This document shows positions 47,327 to 57,195 of a DNA stretch of 64,000 bases, one piece after another. Below the pieces are notes generated by a model. That model ran no database searches. It saw only the letters and a list, made by a program, of their open reading frames with translations, and was not told the origin of the DNA. How positions within the stretch are numbered: the stretch's first letter is position 1; each line of letters starts with the position of its first letter. The DNA lies in assembly GCA_947088515.1 (NCBI GenBank), contig CAMUHA010000001.1, forward strand, positions 2,300 to 66,299. The letters run 5' to 3'. Origin of the DNA: an uncultured bacterium. Lineage in GTDB: Bacteria; Bacillota; Clostridia; Lachnospirales; Lachnospiraceae. Made by a program: the position numbers and the translations under genes.

Positions 47327-48430
47327 ATGAAGATTCTGGTTTTGAGCAATTACGCCAACGGTCTGTATCTTTTCCGGAAAGAGGTTCTTGTGGCTTTTCT
47401 GGATATGGGATATGAGGTGGCGGTTTGCGTCCCGCCAGATGACAACTGTGGAAAAATCAAGGCGCTGGGCTGTCGGGTCATTCCTACCAAGTTTGAACGC
47501 AGGGGTAATAATCCGGTACACGATTTCCAGCTGTTTTTAAAATACAGAGAGCTGTTAAAGGAGCAAAAGCCGGATATTGTCCTTACTTATACCATTAAAC
47601 CCAATCTGTATGGGGGACTTGCCTGCGCTCTTAAAAGGGTGCCTTACCTTGTAAATATAACAGGTCTTGGCACGGCTGTGGAAAAGCAGGGAGTATTGGG
47701 GAAAGCGCTGCTGTGCTTTTACCGGATTGCCACGAAAAAGGCCGCCTGTGTGTTTTTTCAGAATAAGGGGAACCAAAAGTTCATGCAGGAGAGAGGAATC
47801 GGACGAAAGCACAGCCGTTTGCTTCCGGGGTCAGGCATTAACTTAGAAGAGCATCCCTGTTCGCCTTATCCGACAGAAAAAGATGGGATTATCTTTCTTG
47901 CAGTGCTTCGTATTATGAAGGACAAGGGAATAGAAGAGTATCTAAAAGCGGCACAGCAGATAAAAAAGGAGTACCCTTTTGTCCGTTTTTATCTGGCAGG
48001 GGAATATGAAGAGGAAAGCAGGGCGGTATATGAACCGGAGATTGAGAGATTAGCCGGGGAAGGTGTGTTGAAATATTTTGGTCATATTGACAATGTGCCG
48101 GAGGTTATGGCCGGAAGTCATGTGATTGTGCATCCGTCTTACCATGAAGGGCTATCCAATGTACTGCTGGAAGGAGCGGCCTGCGGTCGTCTTTTGCTTG
48201 CTACCGATGTTCCAGGGTGCAGGGAAACCTTAAAAGAGGGAGTTAGCGGCCTGTTGTTTGCCCCGGAAAATACAGAAAGTCTTGTGAAAGCGCTGAAAAA
48301 TATTCTTGGGCGTACAGAGAGTGAGCGCCGGGAGATGGGAATACAGGGTCGGAAATATGTGGAGAAGGTGTTTGACCGGAAGAAGGTTATTGCTATTTAC
48401 AAAGAGGAGATACAAAAGGCCGTTCATTAG
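47327..48430 (+). CDS. GT4 glycosyltransferase (PglA/CapM-like)
   Basis: YTIKPN.YG, NITGLG, FQN, PGSG, RIMKDKG and EGLSNVLLE motifs. Confidence 0.88.
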   Translation: MKILVLSNYANGLYLFRKEVLVAFLDMGYEVAVCVPPDDNCGKIKALGCRVIPTKFERRGNNPVHDFQLFLKYRELLKEQKPDIVLTYTIKPNLYGGLACALKRVPYLVNITGLGTAVEKQGVLGKALLCFYRIATKKAACVFFQNKGNQKFMQERGIGRKHSRLLPGSGINLEEHPCSPYPTEKDGIIFLAVLRIMKDKGIEEYLKAAQQIKKEYPFVRFYLAGEYEEESRAVYEPEIERLAGEGVLKYFGHIDNVPEVMAGSHVIVHPSYHEGLSNVLLEGAACGRLLLATDVPGCRETLKEGVSGLLFAPENTESLVKALKNILGRTESERREMGIQGRKYVEKVFDRKKVIAIYKEEIQKAVH

Positions 48431-48475
48431 CTGTTAGTGTGGAAAATAATAGGCAGGCAGAAATGGAGTATAAAG

Positions 48476-49792
48476 ATGGGATTATATGAAGATATTGTAA
48501 GCGGAAGAGAAAAACTGTCACTGGTAGGTCTTGGATATGTGGGGATGCCCATTGCTGTGGCTTTTGCCCGTAAGATAAAAGTGGTGGGATTTGATTTAAA
48601 TGAAAAGAAAATCGGGCTTTATAAAAGTGGGATTGACCCTACCAATGAGGTGGGAAACGAGGTGATTAAAAATACTACAGTAGAATTTACGGCAGACCCG
48701 GCCAAGCTTAGGGAGGCGAAATTTCATATTGTGGCGGTTCCCACACCAGTAAATGACGACCATACGCCGGATTTAACGCCTGTGGAAGGTGCAAGCCGGA
48801 TTTTAGGACAAAATCTGTCTAAAGGTTCTGTTGTGGTATTTGAGTCCACGGTTTATCCCGGCGTAACAGAGGATATCTGTGTGCCTATTCTGGAAAAAGA
48901 GTCAGGGCTTGTGTGCGGCGTGGACTTTAATATTGGATACTCTCCGGAGCGCATCAATCCTGGTGACAAAGTACACCGTCTGGAAACCATTGTAAAGATT
49001 GTATCCGGTATGGACGCAAAAACGCTGGATACGGTTGCCAAAGTCTATGAGCTTGTGGTGGAGGCAGGGGTTTACCGTGCCCAGTCCATTAAGGTGGCAG
49101 AGGCGGCAAAAGTAATTGAAAACAGTCAGCGTGACATAAATATTGCTTTTATGAATGAACTTTCCATTATTTTTAATAAAATGGGAATTGATACCCGGTC
49201 GGTGCTGGAAGCGGCAGGGACTAAATGGAATTTTCTTAAATTTTATCCCGGTCTGGTTGGAGGACATTGTATTGGGGTGGACCCTTATTATCTGACTTAT
49301 AAGGCGGAAGAATTAGGCTACCATTCACAGATTATTTTGGCAGGCCGCAGGATTAATGATGATATGGGAAAATATGTGGCGGAAAGCCTGGTGAAAAATC
49401 TGATTAAAGCGGATATTCATGTAAAGGGCGCAAAGGTGGCAATTCTTGGCTTTACTTTTAAGGAGAACTGTCCGGATACCAGAAATACCAAGGTGATTGA
49501 CATCTACAGAGAACTTGGGGAATATGGAATTACGCCTGTGGTAGTTGACCCGGCGGCGGATGCGGAGGAAGCAAAGCATTTGTACGGTATTGCCTTTGGC
49601 CTGATGGATGCAGTAAAGGATATGGATGCTGTTATTGTGGCGGTTGCACACAACCAGTTCCTTGGTTTGGATAAGGAGAAAGTTAGGAGCTTTTATCATC
49701 CGGCGCATAAAAAGAAAGTGTTTATGGATATTAAAGGATTGTTTGACAGAAATGAATATCTTACAGAAGATTTTATATATTGGCGTCTGTAA
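48476..49792 (+). CDS. UDP-N-acetylhexosamine 6-dehydrogenase (WbpO/TviB-like)
   Basis: GLGYVG, ESTVYPG, SPERINPG, GLVGGHCIGVDP and FKENCPD motifs. Confidence 0.92.
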   Translation: MGLYEDIVSGREKLSLVGLGYVGMPIAVAFARKIKVVGFDLNEKKIGLYKSGIDPTNEVGNEVIKNTTVEFTADPAKLREAKFHIVAVPTPVNDDHTPDLTPVEGASRILGQNLSKGSVVVFESTVYPGVTEDICVPILEKESGLVCGVDFNIGYSPERINPGDKVHRLETIVKIVSGMDAKTLDTVAKVYELVVEAGVYRAQSIKVAEAAKVIENSQRDINIAFMNELSIIFNKMGIDTRSVLEAAGTKWNFLKFYPGLVGGHCIGVDPYYLTYKAEELGYHSQIILAGRRINDDMGKYVAESLVKNLIKADIHVKGAKVAILGFTFKENCPDTRNTKVIDIYRELGEYGITPVVVDPAADAEEAKHLYGIAFGLMDAVKDMDAVIVAVAHNQFLGLDKEKVRSFYHPAHKKKVFMDIKGLFDRNEYLTEDFIYWRL

Positions 49793-49874
49793 AAGTTTAA
49801 GTCTGGGTATAATGAAATGTGCAGATGAATGAAATGGTCTTTAGGTATGGGAAAATCAGTTATGGGAGAGTAAA

Positions 49875-50849
49875 ATGGGATATAAAGAGTTAAAATTTGA
49901 AAAAGATGCAGTGTTTTTGGTAACAGGGGGAGCAGGATTTATTGGCTCTAATCTGTGTGAAGCAATTCTGGAGATGGGGTATCAGGTCAGATGTCTGGAC
50001 AATTTATCTACGGGGAAATATGAAAATGTGGAACCATTTACGGCAAATCCCAGGTTCACTTTTATTAAGGGAGATATCCGGGAGCTGGATACCTGCGTGG
50101 AAGCGTCAAAGGGGGTCTGCTATGTTTTAAACCAGGCAGCCTGGGGCAGTGTTCCCAGAAGTATAGAGATGCCCCTTCTTTATGAGGAAATCAATATACG
50201 GGGCACGCTAAATATGATGGAAGCGGCTAGGATAAATGGAGTGAAAAAGTTTGTCTATGCTTCCAGCTCATCGGTTTATGGGGACCACCCGGTTCTGCCC
50301 AAAAAAGAGGGACAGGAGGGAAAGGTTTTATCTCCCTATGCCCTTACCAAAAAGGTGGACGAGGAATATGGAAGGCTTTATAAAGAGCTTTATGGGCTTG
50401 ACACTTATGGAATGAGGTATTTTAATGTATTTGGAAGGCGGCAGGACCCGGAAGGGGCTTACGCAGCGGTTATCCCTAAGTTTATCAGACAGCTGATAGC
50501 CGGGGAAGCGCCTGTAATTAACGGGGACGGCAGGCAGTCAAGGGATTTTACCTATATTGACAATGTGATTGAAGCAAATTTAAAGGCATGTCTGGCGCCT
50601 TCAGAGGCGGCAGGAGAAGCCTACAATATTGGCGCAGGCGGCAGGGAATTTCTGATTGATGTGTACCATGAGCTTTGCAGGGCGCTGGGAAAAGATGTAG
50701 AACCGGTTTTTGGACCGGACAGGGCCGGAGATATCCGGGATTCCAATGCGGATATCAGCAAGGCAGAAAAAATGCTGGGATATAAACCGGAATACGATTT
50801 TGCAAAAGGAATCCGGCTGGCCATTGACTGGTATGTGGAGAATTTGTAA
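49875..50849 (+). CDS. UDP-GlcNAc(A) 4-epimerase (WbpP/TviC-like SDR)
   Basis: TGGAGFIGS, GSVPRS, ASSSSVYG, SPYALTK and RYFNVFG..QDP.GAYAAVIP motifs. Confidence 0.9.
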   Translation: MGYKELKFEKDAVFLVTGGAGFIGSNLCEAILEMGYQVRCLDNLSTGKYENVEPFTANPRFTFIKGDIRELDTCVEASKGVCYVLNQAAWGSVPRSIEMPLLYEEINIRGTLNMMEAARINGVKKFVYASSSSVYGDHPVLPKKEGQEGKVLSPYALTKKVDEEYGRLYKELYGLDTYGMRYFNVFGRRQDPEGAYAAVIPKFIRQLIAGEAPVINGDGRQSRDFTYIDNVIEANLKACLAPSEAAGEAYNIGAGGREFLIDVYHELCRALGKDVEPVFGPDRAGDIRDSNADISKAEKMLGYKPEYDFAKGIRLAIDWYVENL

Positions 50850-50861
50850 AGCGGGGAAATT

Positions 50862-51659
50862 ATGAGAATTGCAGTCAGACTGGATGATATTACACCTGAT
50901 ATGGACTGGGAGCGTTTTTTTAAGTTTAAAACGCTTCTTGACCGGTATCAGGTGAAGCCACTTATTGGGGTGGTTCCTGATAACCGGGATGAAAATCTGA
51001 AAAAAAAGGATGACAGTAGTAAAAAACAGGTAAAAAAAGCCGGAAGTTTTCCGGCGCCGGATGATTTTTGGGCTTATGTTAAAGAACTGGAGGCGTGTGG
51101 GTGGGTAGTTGCCATGCACGGCTGTTATCATGTGTATACCACAGATAAGGGCGGTCTGTTTCCTCTCAATAACTTTTCGGAACTGGCAGGGGTTTCTTTG
51201 GAAAGGCAGCGGGAAATGCTGGAGGAAGGAACGCGTATTTTGAAGGAAAAGGGAATAGAGACGGACATTTTTATGGCTCCGGCCCACTCTTATGATGTAA
51301 ATACATTAAAGGCCTTAAAGGAAACAGGGTTTGAGGCTCTGACAGATGGGTTTGGCAGTATGCCTTATAGCTTTATGGGATTGAAATTTTATCCGATTTC
51401 TTTCCGGCTGGAAAGTACGCTTCAAAAAAAACAAGGCTTTTCCACCATGGTGGTTCATACGGATACTCTTTCGGACAGGGATTTGGAAAGATATGAGAAC
51501 TACTTTAAGAACCCAAAGGCGGAGTGGATAGATTATAAAGAATATTTGAGTCAGCCAGTAAAAAGACGGGGCTTTTTGGGGAGAGGAAAAGAATTTCTGA
51601 TGGCGAAGGGAAAATTTTGGCTGGTCAGGGCAGGGCAGATGGGGCGAAAGGAAAGATAA
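50862..51659 (+). CDS. DUF2334-like polysaccharide deacetylase-fold protein
   Basis: VRLDD, MHGCYH and FMAPAH motifs of CE4/NodB-like proteins. Confidence 0.7.
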   Translation: MRIAVRLDDITPDMDWERFFKFKTLLDRYQVKPLIGVVPDNRDENLKKKDDSSKKQVKKAGSFPAPDDFWAYVKELEACGWVVAMHGCYHVYTTDKGGLFPLNNFSELAGVSLERQREMLEEGTRILKEKGIETDIFMAPAHSYDVNTLKALKETGFEALTDGFGSMPYSFMGLKFYPISFRLESTLQKKQGFSTMVVHTDTLSDRDLERYENYFKNPKAEWIDYKEYLSQPVKRRGFLGRGKEFLMAKGKFWLVRAGQMGRKER

Positions 51660-51660
51660 A

Positions 51661-52842
51661 ATGGCAGAACCGATTCGGGTGCTACATGTTTTGGGGAATA
51701 CACAGCTTGGCGGCGCGGAAAGCCGGACGATGGACTTGTACCGTCATCTGGACAGGAGCAGAGTGCAGTTTGACTTTTTGGTCCATACGGAAAGGGAAGG
51801 ATATTTTGATAAGGAAATAAAGGAATTGGGAGGGCGGATTTTCCGTGTTCCCCGTTTTCGCATGTACAATTATTTTTCTTATCAAAAGGCGGTGGCTGAA
51901 TTTTTCAGGAAACACCATGAGTTTTGTATGGTGCAGGGGCACATTACGAGCACGGCATCCATTTACCTGCCGGCTGCAAAAAAAGCGGGGATTCCTGTGA
52001 CCATTGCACATGCCAGAAGCGCTGGTGTGGATAAAGGGGTTAAGGGAATACTTACAAGATGGCTTAGAAGAAATCTTTCAAAGAAGGCGGACTATCTTTT
52101 TACCTGCTCCCGGCTGGCAGGCATTTCCGTTTTTGGCGCGCAGGCGGTCAGGGACGGACGGACTGTGTTTATTCCCAATGCTATTGATTGTAAGGCGTTT
52201 TCTTATCAAGAGGATACAAGAGAGAGGATGCGTCAAAAGCTTGGGCTGGAGGATAAGTATGTAATCGGTCATGTGGGGCGGTTCCATTATGCCAAAAACC
52301 ATGAATATCTGTTGCAGGTATTTGCCGCCCTTGCAGGAAGGTCGGATAAAGGCGTTGCCCAAAATGTAAACGGGGTGGATGCCATCCGAAAAGAGAATGG
52401 GGTACATGCGAAAGAGTATGCGCTGATTTTGCTGGGAGAGGGAGAAGGCATGGAAGGGGCGAAAACGCTTTCAAAGCAGCTTGGCATTGGGGATAAGGTG
52501 CATTTTCTGGGAAATCACAGCAACGTTTATGATTATTATCAGGCAATGGATTATTTTGTTTATCCTTCCCGCTTTGAAGGATTGCCGGGAACTGTGGTGG
52601 AAGCGCAGTCATCCGGACTGCGGGTGCTGATGTCAGATTCCATTTGTGAGGAAGTGGCGGCAACAGAGCTGGTGCATGTGATGAGTATCAGAGAGGATGC
52701 CGCAGTCTGGGCAGATTATGTGGAGAGCACAGCGGATTATGACCGCAGAAGCTATGTGGAGGAAATGAAAAGCGCCGGGTTTGATGTGGCGGCGCAGGCA
52801 CAGCGGATGATGAGGTTTTATGAGACGGGGGAGTGGGAATGA
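51661..52842 (+). CDS. GT4 glycosyltransferase (EpsF-like)
   Basis: GGAES, GHVGRF..AKNH and PSRFEGLP..VVEAQ motifs. Confidence 0.88.
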   Translation: MAEPIRVLHVLGNTQLGGAESRTMDLYRHLDRSRVQFDFLVHTEREGYFDKEIKELGGRIFRVPRFRMYNYFSYQKAVAEFFRKHHEFCMVQGHITSTASIYLPAAKKAGIPVTIAHARSAGVDKGVKGILTRWLRRNLSKKADYLFTCSRLAGISVFGAQAVRDGRTVFIPNAIDCKAFSYQEDTRERMRQKLGLEDKYVIGHVGRFHYAKNHEYLLQVFAALAGRSDKGVAQNVNGVDAIRKENGVHAKEYALILLGEGEGMEGAKTLSKQLGIGDKVHFLGNHSNVYDYYQAMDYFVYPSRFEGLPGTVVEAQSSGLRVLMSDSICEEVAATELVHVMSIREDAAVWADYVESTADYDRRSYVEEMKSAGFDVAAQAQRMMRFYETGEWE

Positions 52843-54032
52843 AAAGAAAACTGATGCTGATTTCCCCAATGCTTCACCAGGGCGGGTTTGAGAGAATCTG
52901 TGTTCTGACAGCAAGACTTTTAAAGGAAAGCTTTGATGTTGTTATTGTCGTTTTTTCCATGGAGGATATTGCTTTTGATATTTCCGGGCTTTCTGTGATA
53001 AATTTAAATTTAAAGGCAAAAGCGGGCAGAATAGGGAAAATGCTGAATGTGGTAAGGCGAAGCCTTAGGTTAAGCTTTTTACAGAAAAAGCTGGGAACAG
53101 ACATTTCCTACAGTTTTGGCATGACAGCAAATATAGCAAATGCGTTAAGCTTTGGCGCAAAAAGGAAGATTACCGCCTGTCATTCTTTCGGGGAAATTAA
53201 TAATGTTCCTTATATGAAGCTTGTGAGCAGCCATTCTGACAAGGTACTATGTTGTGCGAAGAAAATGGCAGATTTGGTACAGGAGAAATATGGCTTTGCC
53301 AATATAGCGCCCCTGTGGAATCCCTGTGACGGGGAGGCAGCTTTAAAATACAGCAGCGCCGGGGCGGACGAGGACATTTCTTTTTTCAGGGAGGGAGACA
53401 GGGTTTTAGTTTCCATGGGCCGGGAAGATGATGTGAAAGGGTTCTGGCATTTGCTTAAAATTTTCAAAAGGGTAAATGAGGAGGCGCCGGATACCCGCCT
53501 TGCCATAATTGGGGAAGGGGATTTTACAGAATATAAAAGTCTGGCAGAATCGTTAGGAATTAGAGAGAGGGTGCTTTTTGCCGGGCTTAAGAAAAATCCA
53601 TTTCCCTATTTAAGAGAAAGCGATATCTATGTGTTGACTTCCTTAAGCGAAGGACTGCCAAATGCGCTTGTGGAGGCACTGGCGCTGTCTTTGCCTGTTG
53701 TGTCTGCCAACTGTCTGTCCGGGCCTGCGGAAATCCTTCATGAGGATTTTAAGGCAGCGGAGAAGGAAACGGATGTGTTTTTTGCGGACTATGGGGTTTT
53801 ATCGCCGCCGCTTTCTGGTAAGAAGGACTTTTTGGTGACATGGAAAGAAGAAAAGGGTGTAAGAAAAATCAGGCTGGACCAGACACAGGAAAAGTTTGCG
53901 GGGGCAGTCCTTACGCTGCTGCAGAATAAAGAGATGTATGAGAAGTATAGGAAAAAGGCAGCTTTAAGGGCTGAGGATTTTTCCACGGTCCGTTATGTGG
54001 AAGAATTGTGCAGCTGTATGGAAAGGCTTTAA
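52839..54032 (+). CDS. GT4 glycosyltransferase (PglJ-like)
   Basis: GGFER, MGR...VKG, NPFPYL, SEGLPNALVEA and SGPAEI motifs. Confidence 0.85.
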   Translation: MKRKLMLISPMLHQGGFERICVLTARLLKESFDVVIVVFSMEDIAFDISGLSVINLNLKAKAGRIGKMLNVVRRSLRLSFLQKKLGTDISYSFGMTANIANALSFGAKRKITACHSFGEINNVPYMKLVSSHSDKVLCCAKKMADLVQEKYGFANIAPLWNPCDGEAALKYSSAGADEDISFFREGDRVLVSMGREDDVKGFWHLLKIFKRVNEEAPDTRLAIIGEGDFTEYKSLAESLGIRERVLFAGLKKNPFPYLRESDIYVLTSLSEGLPNALVEALALSLPVVSANCLSGPAEILHEDFKAAEKETDVFFADYGVLSPPLSGKKDFLVTWKEEKGVRKIRLDQTQEKFAGAVLTLLQNKEMYEKYRKKAALRAEDFSTVRYVEELCSCMERL

Positions 54033-54073
54033 GGGGGCGGGGAAAATACAGAGGCAGGGAAAGGAAACTGATT

Positions 54074-55945
54074 ATGTGCGGAATATGTGGTTTTTTCAGT
54101 AAAAATAAAATAACAAAAGAGCAGCTTTCCCGGATGAATGATACAATGTACCACCGCGGGCCGGATGACGGCGGAGTGGAAATTTATCCGGCAGGGGAAG
54201 GCTATGCGGTAGGACTGGCCCAAAGACGCCTTGCAATTATGGATTTGTCGCCCTTAGGACATCAACCCATGGATTCGGCTGATGGACGGTTAAGTATTGT
54301 TTTTAATGGAGAAATTTACAACTTCCCGGAATTAAAAAAGGAGCTTTCTGACTATCCTTTTGTGTCTTCCTGCGATACGGAAGTGATTCTTGCAGCCTTC
54401 CTTAAATGGGGAATTGATTGTATCAAAAAGCTAAACGGCATGTTTGCCATGGCAATTTATGACAGGCAGGATAAGAAGCTGTATCTGGTCCGGGACAGGA
54501 TAGGGAAAAAACCATTGTATTATTGGTGGGAAGATGGAAATCTTGTGTTTGCATCAGAGCTAAAGCCAATCATAAATTGTCCTGGTTTCCAGCGGGAAAT
54601 TTGCAGGGAGGTGATACCCCGTTTCCTGTATCAGCAGTATCTTGCGGGACCGGATACTATTTTTAAAAATGTAAAGAGAGTATCCCCTGGGGCAGTTGTC
54701 TGTTTTGCAAACGGTCATTTGAAGGAAGAAAAGTATTGGGATTTAAAAAAGGTCTATCATGAGAAAAAGCGTACCCCTGTAACAGATTATGGGCAGGCAA
54801 AGGAAGAGCTGAAGGAAAAGCTTCAGGAGGCTGTAAGGAAAAGGTTAGCGGCGGATGTACCCATTGGGACATTCTTAAGCGGCGGGTATGATTCCTCTCT
54901 GGTGAGCGCCCTTGCCCAGTCAGTCAGTATGGAACCCGTGAAAACCTTTTCTATAGGGTTTTATGAGGAAAAGTATAATGAAGCCCAGTATGCAAAGGAG
55001 ATAGCTGCTTACCTTGGCTGTGAGCATACAGAACTGTACATTGATGAAAAAGACATGCTCTCTCTAATCCAGGATATTCCCTCGTATTATGATGAACCAT
55101 TTGCGGACAGCTCCCAGATTCCCTCTATGTTAGTAGCAAGGTTAGCAAGGGAGAAAGTTACAGTGGCGTTATCGGGAGACGGTGGGGATGAACTGTTTTG
55201 CGGTTATAACATATACGATAAGGTATACATGTCCCAGCGGCTGGACCATGTTGGCGCTCTTGCATGGGGCATAGGCAATTGCTTTCATCTGACGGAAAAG
55301 TACCCTTTTAAGGTCAGGGTTATTGCCGGAAACCGCAATAAGGAGGCAAAAACGCAGTTTATTGCCGGCAATAATATAGATACAGCGAAAAAAATGGTCA
55401 GAGATGGGCAGGATTTTCTTCCCTGCTATTATGACTTTGAAACCATATATGAGGAAAAAAACTGGCAGGCGCGGCGGATGCTTCTGGATATGGATACATA
55501 TCTGCCAGAGGATATTCTTTGCAAGGTTGACAGAGCTTCTATGCGATACTCATTGGAGGCAAGATGCCCGATTCTGGATAAAGATGTGATGGAATATGCT
55601 TTCAGGCTGCCCCACGAATTTAAGTATCTGAAAGGAAATAAAAAGAGAATTTTAAAAGATATTACCCGTACGCTGCTGCCGGAGAGGCTGCTGGACAGAC
55701 CAAAAACCGGATTTGGAGTTCCGTTGGATAAGTGGCTTCGGGGAGCGCTAAAGGAGCAGGCGCTGTCATTTGCAGACAGGGATTTTCTTTTAAGACAGGG
55801 AATTTTTGATGCGGAGTTTATGGGAAGTTTTCTGGATATGTATATGAGAGTGGGGGATAAAGGCGCAGGAAGCGGCGAGAACTATTCAAGAATAATATGG
55901 GCATTTTATATGTTTCAGAAGTGGTATGAGCGATATATGGTTTAG
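54074..55945 (+). CDS. asnB: Glutamine-dependent amidotransferase, asparagine synthase B family (glycan-associated)
   Basis: N-terminal MCGI, HRGPD, NGEIYN, LSGGYDSS and SGDGGDELF motifs. Confidence 0.88.
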   Translation: MCGICGFFSKNKITKEQLSRMNDTMYHRGPDDGGVEIYPAGEGYAVGLAQRRLAIMDLSPLGHQPMDSADGRLSIVFNGEIYNFPELKKELSDYPFVSSCDTEVILAAFLKWGIDCIKKLNGMFAMAIYDRQDKKLYLVRDRIGKKPLYYWWEDGNLVFASELKPIINCPGFQREICREVIPRFLYQQYLAGPDTIFKNVKRVSPGAVVCFANGHLKEEKYWDLKKVYHEKKRTPVTDYGQAKEELKEKLQEAVRKRLAADVPIGTFLSGGYDSSLVSALAQSVSMEPVKTFSIGFYEEKYNEAQYAKEIAAYLGCEHTELYIDEKDMLSLIQDIPSYYDEPFADSSQIPSMLVARLAREKVTVALSGDGGDELFCGYNIYDKVYMSQRLDHVGALAWGIGNCFHLTEKYPFKVRVIAGNRNKEAKTQFIAGNNIDTAKKMVRDGQDFLPCYYDFETIYEEKNWQARRMLLDMDTYLPEDILCKVDRASMRYSLEARCPILDKDVMEYAFRLPHEFKYLKGNKKRILKDITRTLLPERLLDRPKTGFGVPLDKWLRGALKEQALSFADRDFLLRQGIFDAEFMGSFLDMYMRVGDKGAGSGENYSRIIWAFYMFQKWYERYMV

Positions 55946-56037
55946 AGTAAATAAACTATGAACTCTGATAAAAGGGCGCTCGGCGTTTTGGCAGAAAGTA
56001 TGGCAAATGAGAACAGTTAGGGGAAGCGGGAACAGGA

Positions 56038-57162
56038 ATGAAGGAAAAAAAGGGAAAAATATTATTTCATATCAATAGCCTTGGAAAGGGCGGAGCGGAG
56101 CGGGTGGTAACTGTGCTGTCCGGATATTTTGCGGGAGATGGGTATCAGGTTTTGATTGTCACTTTATGGCGTGCGGAGGAAGAGTTTCCGCTTCCGGCTA
56201 AAGTAAGACGGATAAATCTAGGAGACTTACCGGTTAGGGAGGGAGGCAGATTTACCCTTGCCCTGCAGCGTTTTTTATCTTTCAGAAAAAGTATAAAAAC
56301 ATTTTCCCCGGATATTGTGATTTCCTTTTGTAATAAAGCTAACTTCAGGAGCGCATTTGCCATGATGGGAATGAAGACGCCGCTTTTAACCTCTGTCAGG
56401 AATGACCCGGAAAAGGATTACAGGCCCTATAAGGCCGCCTGCTGGTGGATGGAGAAAAAGGCATCGGGCTGTGTGTTCCAAACCAGAGAGGCAAAGGAGT
56501 TTTTTCCCCGGCATTTCCAGAAAAAGTCCCGCATTATCTGGAATCCTGTGGATGAAAAATACCTGACTGCAAGGCAGAAGCAACAAGGCGGCAGGAATAA
56601 GAAACAACAGAGAAACAATAATATTGTTTCGGTAGGACGAATATCAAAACAGAAAAACCATTTACTTTTGTTAAAGGCTTTTTCAAGGATTATGGATAAG
56701 TTCCCGGCTGTAAAGGTTCAAATTTACGGGGAAGACTGTGAAATGCAGGTCAGGGCGGCGCTGGAGCAGTATATAGAGCAGAAGAAAATGAAAAAAAAGG
56801 TAGAATTTATGGGACAGTGTGACAATCTGGAGGATGTGATAGGAGATGCCGCATTGTTTGTGATGCCTTCTGATTACGAGGGAATGCCGAATGCACTGGC
56901 GGAAGCTATGACGCTGGGCCTTCCGGTGGTCGCTACAGACTGCCCCTGCAAAGGCCCGGCTGCGCTGATTGAGGACGGCGTTTCGGGTCTGCTGGTGCCG
57001 GTGGGAGACGAAAATGCGCTGGCAGATGCCATGGAAAAACTTTTATCCAACAGGGAGCTGGCAGAAGATATGGGACAAGAAGCCATGCAGGTGGCCGAAA
57101 AAATCAGTCCCCAAAAAGTATATGGCCAGTGGAGACAGTATGTGGAAGAATTAACGATGTAA
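56038..57162 (+). CDS. GT4 glycosyltransferase (PglH/AmsD-like)
   Basis: GGAERV, VGR...QKN and SDYEGMPNALAEA motifs. Confidence 0.87.
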   Translation: MKEKKGKILFHINSLGKGGAERVVTVLSGYFAGDGYQVLIVTLWRAEEEFPLPAKVRRINLGDLPVREGGRFTLALQRFLSFRKSIKTFSPDIVISFCNKANFRSAFAMMGMKTPLLTSVRNDPEKDYRPYKAACWWMEKKASGCVFQTREAKEFFPRHFQKKSRIIWNPVDEKYLTARQKQQGGRNKKQQRNNNIVSVGRISKQKNHLLLLKAFSRIMDKFPAVKVQIYGEDCEMQVRAALEQYIEQKKMKKKVEFMGQCDNLEDVIGDAALFVMPSDYEGMPNALAEAMTLGLPVVATDCPCKGPAALIEDGVSGLLVPVGDENALADAMEKLLSNRELAEDMGQEAMQVAEKISPQKVYGQWRQYVEELTM

Positions 57163-57195
57163 GAAAGATACAGGTTGATATACGGGAGGATGGGA